Source: Balanoglossus misakiensis
Lineage: Eukaryota; Animalia; Hemichordata
Length of the DNA: 64,000 nt
Assembly: GCA_040954595.2 (NCBI GenBank)
Contig: CM082582.2
Location: 2,030,303-2,094,302 of the forward strand
Reading direction: 5' to 3'
Part shown: positions 12,023 through 22,006 of the stretch, piece by piece
Numbering within the stretch: position 1 is the stretch's first letter
Layout of the letters: each line of letters begins with the position of its first letter
Translations under genes and position numbers: made by a program
Notes under the pieces: model-generated
The model's database searches: none
The model's input: only the letters and a program-made list of their open reading frames with translations
What the model was told of the DNA's origin: nothing

Positions 12023-13370
12023 AAAGTGTTACCTAAGATAGTGTCCAGCGTCTAGCCGTTATTGAAATTATAGACCCTGCAGCGAGACTGAGCATGATTT
12101 GTTGTTGTCATGAAACTCATCTCGTACTCCAGTCACTTTCATACAAAACGGCTATGAGTGTCCAATGGTCTTTGTTGAGACTGTTTGACATTGAATGGCA
12201 TTGACCTCGCGGGAGGATATCCTTCATGAATACAATGCAGGATATAATTTACATTGGCTAAGGGCTTTGAGGTGCACCAAATTAGTAATTTAGACACACC
12301 TTAATTATTACATGCCACCCCAAACTTTTTTAAAGCAAGAAACAAAATTGCAGTGCTTTTCCAATGACGCTTTTTAAAATGTAGAATCAGATTGTTTTCT
12401 TGTCGCTCAGGTGTCCAAAATAAATATAGCTGTGATCAATTCCTACTTAAAGCAAACAAAAGTAAATTGAGTTGAATGGGCACGTCCGGCCCATATTTGA
12501 CCCATTTCACATTTTTTCTTTCTTAGGCTGCATTCACAAACACCTCTGGAGGGGGGGGGGGGGGAATTCATCTTTTACCGCTAATTTTCACATGCCCCCC
12601 CCCCCCTTTCACAACCCGAAATATTTTGAAATCCCCCTTCCCAACTGCCAAAATTTTGAAATCCCCCCATTTTCTTTCACAGAGCAAAACTCATAACTCT
12701 GCTCAAGCGCTCCCATGAAAAGAATTTGAAACTGATGTTTCCCCTCATCAGTGGGTATTAAAACTGAACATTGTTTTTATTTTTTAAGTATTTTGTATGA
12801 TTATAATTAAAAAATATACAACTTAGCTAAAATGCTTAGATGAGTTAATCAGATTTTCAAAGTCCACCTAAAAGATCATTTAATCTTTCCAGGGTGCGGT
12901 TTATGTTGGAGATAGTATCAGTTAGGCTATTTCTCAGAAAATCAATGAACGATCTGCGGACACCCCGAATAATATGTTACCACAACGCTAGCCAGGAAGC
13001 ACATGGGACATTTCACAATGAGGCAGTGAACACTGGGGGGGACCAGACTGACACGTTAACCAATCAGGGAGCTGTATGGTGAATAAATACATATTAATAA
13101 GACCTAACCTACAAGGTCCTGCATAATGAGGCAGTGAACACTGGAGGACCAGACCTACACATTAACCAATCAGGGAGCTGTAAAGTGAATAATGCATTGT
13201 AATAAGACCTAACCTACAAGGTCTGGTGAATAATACATAGTAATAAGACCTAACATATAAGGTCCCTCCAATCAGCGAGCCGCAAGTGGACCTTAGAGAA
13301 GTGGATAAACCAATCAGAACATGTAATACGTGTGCATAGGACCTGTAATGTAGGTCATTTTGAAACAGGA

Positions 13371-13908
13371 CTAGTTCACCATGACCAACCACATGACCCA
13401 GGAAATCGATCTGCTCATAACCCACATACACTTAGTTGGTCTCGCTGTTAACTTTGCCTTTCGTAGTCTGCTCATCAAATCTGTAATTGTCTTGATATGT
13501 TCTTCCCATGATGCAGTGTGGATCAGTATGTGATCGATATAGTTGTCTACGTTCTTCATATCTCTTAACAATCTTCTCATAATTCTGCTAAAAGTCGCAG
13601 CACTATTTACAAGTCCGAAAGGCATTTTGATAAATTGGTATAGCCCATCATGCGTGATAAATGCCGTCAATTGTTTATAATTATCAGTCAACGGGACTTG
13701 CCAATATTCTTTGCTGAGATCTACTTTAGTGAAATAGTGATCCTTGGATAACTTAGCAAAAAGCAAAAAGCTCACTCAGGTCTGGTGTAGGCTCTGCATC
13801 AAACACTGTTATGCGATTGAGCTTTCTCATGTCAACACAACAACGATTGGACCCATCAGATTTCTTCACCGTTCCAGTGGAACAGCATATGGACTCTCTG
13901 AAGGTTCA
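13371..13908 (-). pseudogene. Duplicated Gypsy RT fragment (frameshifted)
   Basis: Copy of 15256-15795, with motifs KVDLSKEYWQ, MPFGLVNSAATF and NYIDH and extra 1-bp deletions. Confidence 0.9.
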
Positions 13909-15255
13909 ACCTAAAGTGTTACCTAAGATAGTGTCCAGCGTCTAGCCGTTATTGAAATTATAGACCCTGCAGCGAGACTGAGCATGATTTGTTGTTGTCA
14001 TGAAACTCATCTCGTACTCCAGTCACTTTCATACAAAACGGCTATGAGTGTCCAATGGTCTTTGTTGAGACTGTTTGACATTGAATGGCATTGACCTCGC
14101 GGGAGGATATCCTTCATGAATACAATGCAGGATATAATTTACATTGGCTAAGGGCTTTGAGGTGCACCAAATTAGTAATTTAGACACACCTTAATTATTA
14201 CATGCCACCCCAAACTTTTTTAAAGCAAGAAACAAAATTGCAGTGCTTTTCCAATGACGCTTTTTAAAATGTAGAATCAGATTGTTTTCTTGTCGCTCAG
14301 GTGTCCAAAATAAATATAGCTGTGATCAATTCCTACTTAAAGCAAACAAAAGTAAATTGAGTTGAATGGGCACGTCCGGCCCATATTTGACCCATTTCAC
14401 ATTTTTTCTTTCTTAGGCTGCATTCACAAACACCTCTGGAGGGGGGGGGGAATTCATCTTTTACCGCTAATTTTCACATGCCCCCCCCCCCTTTCACAAC
14501 CCGAAATATTTTGAAATCCCCCTTCCGAACTGCCAAAATTTTGAAATCCCCCCATTTTCTTTCACAGAGCAAAACTCATAACTCTGCTCAAGCGCTCCCA
14601 TGAAAAGAATTTGAAACTGATGTTTCCCCTCATCAGTGGGTATTAAAACTGAACATTGTTTTTATTTTTTAAGTATTTTGTATGATTATAATTAAAAAAT
14701 ATACAACTTAGCTAAAATGCTTAGATGAGTTAATCAGATTTTCAAAGTCCACCTAAAAGATCATTTAATCTTTCCAGGGTGCGGTTTATGTTGGAGATAG
14801 TATCAGTTAGGCTATTTCTCAGAAAATCAATGAACGATCTGCGGACACCCCGAATAATATGTTACCACAACGCTAGCCAGGAAGCACATGGGACATTTCA
14901 CAATGAGGCAGTGAACACTGGGGGGGACCAGACTGACACGTTAACCAATCAGGGAGCTGTATGGTGAATAAATACATATTAATAAGACCTAACCTACAAG
15001 GTCCTGCATAATGAGGCAGTGAACACTGGAGGACCAGACCTACACATTAACCAATCAGGGAGCTGTAAAGTGAATAATGCATTGTAATAAGACCTAACCT
15101 ACAAGGTCTGGTGAATAATACATAGTAATAAGACCTAACACATAAGGTCCCTCCAATCAGCGAGCCGCAAGTGGACCTTAGAGAAGTGGATAAACCAATC
15201 AGAACATGTAATACGTGTGCATAGGACCTGTAATGTAGGTCATTTTGAAACAGGA

Positions 15256-15661
15256 CTAGTTCACCATGACCAACCACATGACCCAGGAAATCGATCTGCT
15301 CATAACCCACATAACACTTAGTTGGTCTCGCTGTTAACTTTGCCTTTCGTAGTCTGCTCATCAAATCTGTAATTGTCTTGATATGTTCTTCCCATGATGC
15401 AGTGTGGATCAGTATGTGATCGATATAGTTGTCTACGTTCTTCATATCTCTTAACAATCTTCTCATAATTCTGCTAAAAGTCGCAGCACTATTTACAAGT
15501 CCGAAAGGCATTTTGATAAATTGGTATAGCCCATCATGCGTGATAAATGCCGTCAATTGTTTAGAATTATCAGTCAACGGGACTTGCCAATATTCTTTGC
15601 TGAGATCTACTTTAGTGAAATAGTGATCCTTGGATAACTTAGCAAAAAGCAAAAAGCTCAC
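15256..15661 (-). pseudogene. Gypsy reverse transcriptase, C-terminal part (inactive, truncated)
   Basis: Motifs DLSKEYWQVPL, TAF.T..GLYQF..MPFGL.NS.ATF and FLGHVV are present. Catalytic YxDD reads YIDH. A 7-bp duplication (GCAAAAA x2, ~15642-15655) frameshifts it from the upstream ORF, and homology ends after LGHVVGHGEL. Confidence 0.9.
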
Positions 15662-17459
15662 TCAGGTCTGGTGTAGGCTCTGCATCAAACACTGTTATGC
15701 GATTGAGCTTTCTCATGTCAACACAACAACGATTGGACCCATCAGATTTCTTCACCGTTACCAGTGGAACAGCATATGGACTCTCTGAAGGTTCAGCTAC
15801 TCCCATCTTAATCATCGTTTTGACTTCATCTTTCACTGCTTCACGGAGTGCATGAGGGATGGGGTATGGCCTACTGCATACTGGTGTTGGATCCATCAAC
15901 TTGATGTCATGGAAACCCAGGTTGGTCTTACCACGAATATCAGTTAACATATCTTTGTAATTGATCAGCAACCTCCTCACCACTTGCTTCTGTATGTCTG
16001 ACAAGTTGTCACATACATTCACATCTGCAGCAAATTCTTTCTGCTTGAATGCAGGAACCCGCAGTAAGTCATCGTTTACTTTAACCCCTGTGTTCTCTTG
16101 TACTTCTGAAGATTCATAACTCTGCTCATCTATCACAGATACACACACAATCTCAAGAAGTCCAGCTGATACTTCATCTAGCTGATCAGTTCTTCGATAG
16201 TACCTCTTCAACAGGTTGGCATGGAATGTTTTCACCCTATGACCAAAGTCAATCTTGTAATCCATATTGCTCACTTTCTCCACCACTGGAAAAGGACCCT
16301 TCCAGTGCATAAGTAGTTTATTATGGTCAGTAGGTAGTAGCAATAACACCTCGTCACCTTTGTTGAACTTCCTCCATTTGGCCTTTCTATTGTAGTAGGA
16401 CTTGTATTTGCCTTGTGATATCTTCAGTTCTTGTCTTGCTAAATCGCATGCCTTCTTTAATTTCTTTTGAAGATCAAGGATGTATTGATAAGTCGTTTTG
16501 GTTTCTGGTTCACTGATCTCTCCAGTCCATAGTTCTTTCAATATAGCCATTGGACCACGCACACTCCTCCCATAAAGTAACTCAAACGGAGAGAATCCTG
16601 TGCTCGATTGAGGCGTTTCTCTGTAGGCAAATAGTAAAGCATTCAGATAACGATCCCAATATGTTGGACGTTCCTCACACATCTTCCTGAGCATGAGTTT
16701 CAATGTACCATTGAACCGTTCCACTAGACCATTGAATGCTGGGTGGTATGGGGTGGTAGTCATCTGCTTTATAGACAAAAGCCGGCTGACCTCACGCATC
16801 ACATCTGATGTAAATTGAGTTCCTTGATCTGTCAGAATTTCACGTGGACACCCCCCCACTCTTGAGTAGATGTCCAGGAGCGCCTCTGCAACAGTCTTGG
16901 TATCAATGTTAGTCAATGCAACAGCCTCCGGATAGCGTGTTGCATAATCAACAACAGTAAGTATGTACCTATTCTTGCGTTCAGTGCATGGATGAATAGG
17001 GCCAACCAGGTCTACTGCAATACGTAGGAAAGGGATATCTATTAGTGGCATACTTCCAAGTGGTACCTTGGTCACCCGTCCCTTTGGTTGTGTCCGTTGA
17101 CATGAATCACAGGACTGACAGTAACGGGAAACATCTGATGTTAGCCCAGGCCAAACGAAGTTGCTGAGGATCTTGTCTGTGGTCTTGTGAGTTCCGTGGT
17201 GACCACCCAGCACCGATTCATGGGCTAGTCTCATCACCTGGTTACGATACACTCTGGGAACCACCACCTGTAACAGCTTTTCACCAAATTGGACCATTGG
17301 CGAATTGAACTCTCTGTACAGGATCCCATCTTTCATGATGAACTTCAACCTACCTCCATTCCTAGTCACTTTCTCGTCACCCAAAATTGCCTTCTCACGT
17401 AGTTTGTCAAGAGTGGAGTCTTCTTCTTGAGCTTGTTGAAGCTTCCCTGGCATCACCAC
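15639..17459 (-). CDS. Gypsy (Gmr1) pol: integrase (HHCC, rve DDE, GPF) followed by the start of RT
   Basis: Motifs AHES..GGHHG, CQSCDSCQ, AVDLVGP, ILTDQGTQF, NGLVERFN and WKGPF, then PY.IP, PSESPYA.P..V.K.DGS.R.CVD.RKLN (RT N-terminus). Confidence 0.92.
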   Translation of the reverse strand: MVMPGKLQQAQEEDSTLDKLREKAILGDEKVTRNGGRLKFIMKDGILYREFNSPMVQFGEKLLQVVVPRVYRNQVMRLAHESVLGGHHGTHKTTDKILSNFVWPGLTSDVSRYCQSCDSCQRTQPKGRVTKVPLGSMPLIDIPFLRIAVDLVGPIHPCTERKNRYILTVVDYATRYPEAVALTNIDTKTVAEALLDIYSRVGGCPREILTDQGTQFTSDVMREVSRLLSIKQMTTTPYHPAFNGLVERFNGTLKLMLRKMCEERPTYWDRYLNALLFAYRETPQSSTGFSPFELLYGRSVRGPMAILKELWTGEISEPETKTTYQYILDLQKKLKKACDLARQELKISQGKYKSYYNRKAKWRKFNKGDEVLLLLPTDHNKLLMHWKGPFPVVEKVSNMDYKIDFGHRVKTFHANLLKRYYRRTDQLDEVSAGLLEIVCVSVIDEQSYESSEVQENTGVKVNDDLLRVPAFKQKEFAADVNVCDNLSDIQKQVVRRLLINYKDMLTDIRGKTNLGFHDIKLMDPTPVCSRPYPIPHALREAVKDEVKTMIKMGVAEPSESPYAVPLVTVKKSDGSNRCCVDMRKLNRITVFDAEPTPDLSELFAFC

Positions 17460-17471
17460 TTCACCAACAGC

Positions 17472-18654
17472 TTAAGGTACTTTAAGCTCTCTGATTGGTT
17501 TTTGGTTGGCTATCTTCTGGGCTCTGGTCTCCACAGCATTTGCTAAACCTGGTACCTGTCCAACAGTTGTACACAGTCTACATGTCGGCAATGGTTCCTG
17601 CCATGTAGTATCAGGATTCGAAGGGTCAGATACACCATCAATGTTGCCCAGTATTAAATCATACACATGGTTCATCATGCACAGTGCAGTAACATCACCA
17701 ACAAAGTAAGGGGTATCAACTTTTATTGAGGCTACAGGTACTCTTCTAATAGTCCCATCTATCAGAACACACGTCCTGTACTCACCAGTCAGCTGACTAC
17801 TTGACACCAGACTTCTTCGAACTACCACGCTACTACACCCACTATCACGCAAAACGCTAACCAGCTTACCATCGACCAATCCCTTCATTACCGGCATCTT
17901 CTTCACTCCATGGGCACTACAAGCAGCACTCATCACTGGGAGCTTATGACCACATGGTAACACGAACTCCTTATTCAGTGTTGCATCTGTTTTATCTATT
18001 TCCATTGCTACCACCATACATGCATAACCAGTGTCTAGTCCCCTGGGCTGTTGACGGTTGCCCCAATGTGTACATTCTTGTTTAGGTGGATAGTTTCTAT
18101 CTTCTTCAGTTAACAATACCGCCGTCTTATGCATCTTTGGCTTACTTCTACAATCTTTGGCCATATGACCACCTTTACCACATACGAAGCACGTACCTTT
18201 AAAAACATGGGAACCATTGGTTTTGTTATTAAACTTCTTTACTTGATTTGGATATACAGCAGGCTTGGTATTTGCTGTCGGCTGGCTCCTTGGATTATTC
18301 TTGGCATTACTTGGCAGTTTCCACCACCCTCGGGCATCTAAGTATTTTGAGGCAGTAGATACCATCTCTTGGACATTCTCTGGCCGTCGCTCTCTAATGA
18401 ACATTGCCATGTCTCTGGAACATACTCCAATAAACTGCTCTCGAAGTAACAGATCTGTAAGCCCATTGTACGTCTTTGGAGTACCAGCCAGTTCTACCCA
18501 TCTGCCCAAATAGTCACCAATACGGTCCATAAACTTTTGAGCACTTTCATCATAATGTGGCATACACGAACGGAACTTGTCATGAAAACTCTCCTCACTT
18601 AACTGGTAAGCCCTCAATAACTCTGGTTTCAATTCATCATAATTATTTGCAGAC
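17472..18654 (-). CDS. Gypsy gag C-terminal part (SCAN-like capsid region, CCHC knuckle) and aspartic protease
   Basis: Motifs LLRAYQLSEESFHDKFR, LLLREQFI, CFVCGKGGHMAKDC, LRDSG and YDLILGN. The TAA at 17472-17474 is in frame with the pol ORF, so it is probably a nonsense mutation in a single gag-pol. Confidence 0.9.
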
Positions 18655-18660
18655 GCTGCA

Positions 18661-18710
18661 TATGGAAAGCCACAGCTGTCTTAAGTCCATTGTTACCATT
18701 ATACGACGCT
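18661..18710 (+). repeat. Left TIR (50 bp)
   Basis: TATGGAAAGCCACAGCTGTCTTAAGTCCATTGTTACCATTATACGACGCT is the exact reverse complement of 29252-29301. Confidence 0.97.
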
Positions 18711-19555
18711 CATACATCTTTATACAATGTGCATTCATCATTATACGATGCTCATACATCATTATACGCTGTTCGTACATCATTATACGACACTCGTACA
18801 TCATTATACAATGTGCATATATCATTATACGATGGGCATACAACATTATATGCTGGTCGTACATCTTTATACAACGCTCATACATGATTATACGCTGCTT
18901 GTACATCATTATACGACACTCGTACATCATTATACAATGTGCATATATCATTATATGCTGGTCGTACATCATTATACGACGCTCATACATCATTATACGC
19001 TGCTCGTACATCATTATACAACACTCGTACATCATTATACAACACTCGTTCATCATTATACAATGTGCATATATCATTATACGATGTGCATACAACATTA
19101 TATGCTGGTCGTACATCTTTATACAATGTGCATACAACATTATACGCTGGTCGTACTTCATTATACGATGCTCATACATCACTATACAATGTGCGATCAG
19201 TATACGCTGTGCATACATCATAAAATGATGCTCATACATCATTATACAATGTACATACATCATTATACACTGCCCATACATCATTGTACGCTGTGCATAC
19301 AACATTATACGCTGGTCGTACATCATTATACGACGCTCATACATCATTATACAATGTGCATACGCCATCATACGCTGTGCATACATCATTATACGTCGCT
19401 TATTCACCATGATACTATGTGCATACATCATTATGCGCTGTGCATACATTTTTATACGACGCTCATACATCATTATACAATGTTCATACAACATTATATG
19501 CTGGTCGTACATCATTATATGCTGATCATGCACCATGATATGATGCTTGTTCATT
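18697..19555. repeat. Left subterminal 21-bp minisatellite (~40 units)
   Basis: Unit of about CATACATCATTATAC plus a variable 6 nt (GACGCT/AATGTG/GCTGTG/GATGCT). Confidence 0.95.
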
Positions 19556-19629
19556 ACATTACAGCAGAGACACCTTTATTGCAGGCTGTTTGTTAACTGG
19601 TTCCTAACAGTGTATTTACGATAGAGGGC

Positions 19630-21072
19630 ATGTATTCTGATCAGCTGTTTCTATCGGCCATTTTGGATGTCAAGTATTTGATTTGTAAGTCTTCACAATT
19701 TGGCAAAATGGCATCGTCTCCTATGTCCACCATACTGCAGCGACTGAATTTGAGCAACCTTACTGGAGTGTTTGAAAGGGAGAGGATCACTCCAGATATT
19801 GTTGGTAAGCTATCCAGCTGGGAAATGGAGTCCCTTGGAGTGGTTAATCCTGGAGACAGAATGGCTTTGAGCGTGACCTGTACCACCTATGGGATGCAAG
19901 TTCCACCTAAGGTTTGGGAAAGTGGGGGTGCACCACAGTTCATCATTCCAAAAGATATCCTGGAGAACCATTTAGATGAGGATTTTAGCATCTCTGAAAT
20001 AGCATCAATGATAGGAGTTTCACAAAGTACCATTTACAGAAGAATGCGACAATATGGTCTTAGCAAGATGGACTTCACAGATATATCTGAAAGTAACCTA
20101 GATTCATATGTCATCGAATTGGCACGAGAGTTCCCATACTGTGGAGAGAGAATGCTAACTCACATTTTGAAGAATAGAGCAGGCATTAAAGTCCAGCGGA
20201 TGCGCCTCCGTGACAGTCTTCACAGAATTGACTCAGATGGTGTAGATGCAAGACGAAGGGGTCGTTTACATCGCAGAATATACAATGTTAAAGGACCAAA
20301 TCACTTGTGGCACATTGACACAAACCACAAGTTGATTAGGTGGCATTTTGTGGTAATTGGCGGTATTGATGGTTTTAGCCGTCTGCCAGTCATGCTTCAA
20401 TGTCGGGACAACAACAAGTCAGCTACTCTGTTACAGTGTTTCAAAAGTGCTGTAGGCGAATATGGCGTTCCAAGTAGGGTGCGCTCCGATCAGGGCATGG
20501 AGAATGTTGGCATAGCAGACTACATGATATTAAGCCGTGGGCCTAATAGGGGAAGCATGATCACAGGGAAAAGCGTACACAATCAAAGAATTGAGAGGCT
20601 GTGGAAAGATGTTTTTGAAGGTGTTCTTGCGTTATATTACCAGTTATTTTATTTTATGGAGGAGAAGGGTATTTTAGATATACTGAAGCCAAGCCATATA
20701 GCTGCACTTCACCATGTGTATTTATCTAGAATAAATCATAAATTAAAAATATGGAATAACGCATGGGCCAATCACAGAATGAGGACGACAAGAACATCAC
20801 CTCTGCGCTTATGGGTTTCCGGTCAGTTGCAGAACCCAGTTGGGATTGAGTTAGCTGCTGATGAAGTCACAGAATATGGCGTTACTGGCGTGATTCGTGA
20901 GGATGCTGATGAAGCAGATTCGAGACCTGTGATCGATGCACCATCATTTGAGTTAAATGAAGCCTGTACGGAAGAACTATATCGCACCATTCCACAAACA
21001 TGGACATCCAATAACTATGGTATTGAGAGGTACCTAGATGCACTATCCATAATTAATCATCACCATGATTAA
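19630..21072 (+). CDS. DDE transposase (IS3EU-like) with N-terminal SAM-like domain and HTH; intact, single exon; likely start ATG 19708 (454 aa)
   Basis: SAM-like region at 19723-19881 and [29 protein letters not shown]. The catalytic triad lies in [19 protein letters not shown] and NQRIERLW. There are no stops or frameshifts. Confidence 0.92.
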   Translation: MYSDQLFLSAILDVKYLICKSSQFGKMASSPMSTILQRLNLSNLTGVFERERITPDIVGKLSSWEMESLGVVNPGDRMALSVTCTTYGMQVPPKVWESGGAPQFIIPKDILENHLDEDFSISEIASMIGVSQSTIYRRMRQYGLSKMDFTDISESNLDSYVIELAREFPYCGERMLTHILKNRAGIKVQRMRLRDSLHRIDSDGVDARRRGRLHRRIYNVKGPNHLWHIDTNHKLIRWHFVVIGGIDGFSRLPVMLQCRDNNKSATLLQCFKSAVGEYGVPSRVRSDQGMENVGIADYMILSRGPNRGSMITGKSVHNQRIERLWKDVFEGVLALYYQLFYFMEEKGILDILKPSHIAALHHVYLSRINHKLKIWNNAWANHRMRTTRTSPLRLWVSGQLQNPVGIELAADEVTEYGVTGVIREDADEADSRPVIDAPSFELNEACTEELYRTIPQTWTSNNYGIERYLDALSIINHHHD

Positions 21073-21501
21073 TTCTGTTCGTTCTAGACTTAGAGCGGCA
21101 ATAGCTGTGATTTTGAACATTTTTTGGCACTAATAACACAGGAAATGTTTTATTAAAAATAAAAATCAGAGAAAACAGATCGATAGTTCAGTACAATTAT
21201 TGCTGCTTTAACATATGGAGCACTTAGAAAACAAACAGATACAATGTATCATTTGACAATGCATGTTTATTCAAAGAAAACATACACAACTTCTCGACAA
21301 CAATGAGTTTTACTAGCCAAATCCTCAAGGTCAAAACGAAATGACAACAACACCGGCGCCGCCGATAACACCAAGTCACATGAATGAAAAAAACAGCTGA
21401 TCACTGGAAAGCAGGTCATGAACGGGAAATTTTAGATTTCTATCGTTTTCACTGCTTATTTCGGCGATTCCTAACGTAAACAGTCGAAGCATGTATGATA
21501 A

Positions 21502-21587
21502 AGGGGTTATTACACGAATTTTGGTCGATAATGCGACGCATTCTCGAATACGACGCGTTATCGACCAAAATTCATGTAATAACCCCT
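21502..21587. repeat. 86-bp hairpin between the convergent genes
   Basis: 42-bp arms AGGGGTTATTACACGAATTTTGGTCGATAATGCGACGCATTC and GAATACGACGCGTTATCGACCAAAATTCATGTAATAACCCCT, with 4 mismatches and a 2-nt spacer. Confidence 0.9.
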
Positions 21588-21746
21588 AATTATAAAAATG
21601 AAACAGTAATTGTTAACGTTTGTCAGTTGGAACTTGTAACTTATACATGTAGTATAAAGCAACTAAACATATACCCCCAGTACTCAAATGGTTGCCATAT
21701 TATGTATCCAATGCATAGAAGGAAATCAAACCATACAGGCACCATG

Positions 21747-22006
21747 TCATACTCTACCAAAATGTCTAGTGGTAAATGCATAATCATACATCTCATGCAT
21801 CCTATCTACTGACAATAGGTCATGCTCAAGAGTGGGTCTCGGTAGCTTCAATAAATTGATGCAAGTATCTGACGTTGGAATAAAAGATATTTCATATGGA
21901 ATAAATTCAATACTTGGTGCAGTTCCAAACCCTAACACTGGTTCTTGCTCTGTTCCCGTTGTAAAGACAAGTACATCTTCAAGTGTGACTGATCCTCTTC
22001 TATTAC
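21747..22006 (-). CDS. HECT gene exon 8 (C-lobe, catalytic Cys at 21861-21863)
   Basis: TLEDVLVFTTG.EQEPVLGF...PTSDTCINLLKLP...FGRV*, with the conserved Phe at -4. Confidence 0.9.

Larger units (their letters stand above)
12020..15795. repeat. ~1.89-kb tandem duplication (12020-13908 and 13910-15795)
   Basis: Both copies start CCTAAAGTGTTACC and end GAAGGTTCA. They differ by homopolymer lengths and about five other changes seen by eye. Confidence 0.95.

Noticed and set aside
17460-17474. Programmed stop-codon readthrough between gag-PR and pol
   Set aside because: The TAA lies after the protease in a copy with other inactivating lesions, so a nonsense mutation is simpler.
18697-19555. CRISPR-like constant core with variable insert
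   Set aside because: The variable part is only ~6 nt and recurs, there are no cas genes, and the context is eukaryotic.
18557-19596. Long His/Tyr/Ile/Met-rich ORFs on both strands (also 28363-29365)
   Set aside because: These are by-products of a 21-bp minisatellite that is stop-free in several frames, with no domain signal.
19630-21072. Bacterial IS3 contamination
   Set aside because: The element carries a spliceosomal-intron gene and is inserted with a TSD in an animal retrotransposon.
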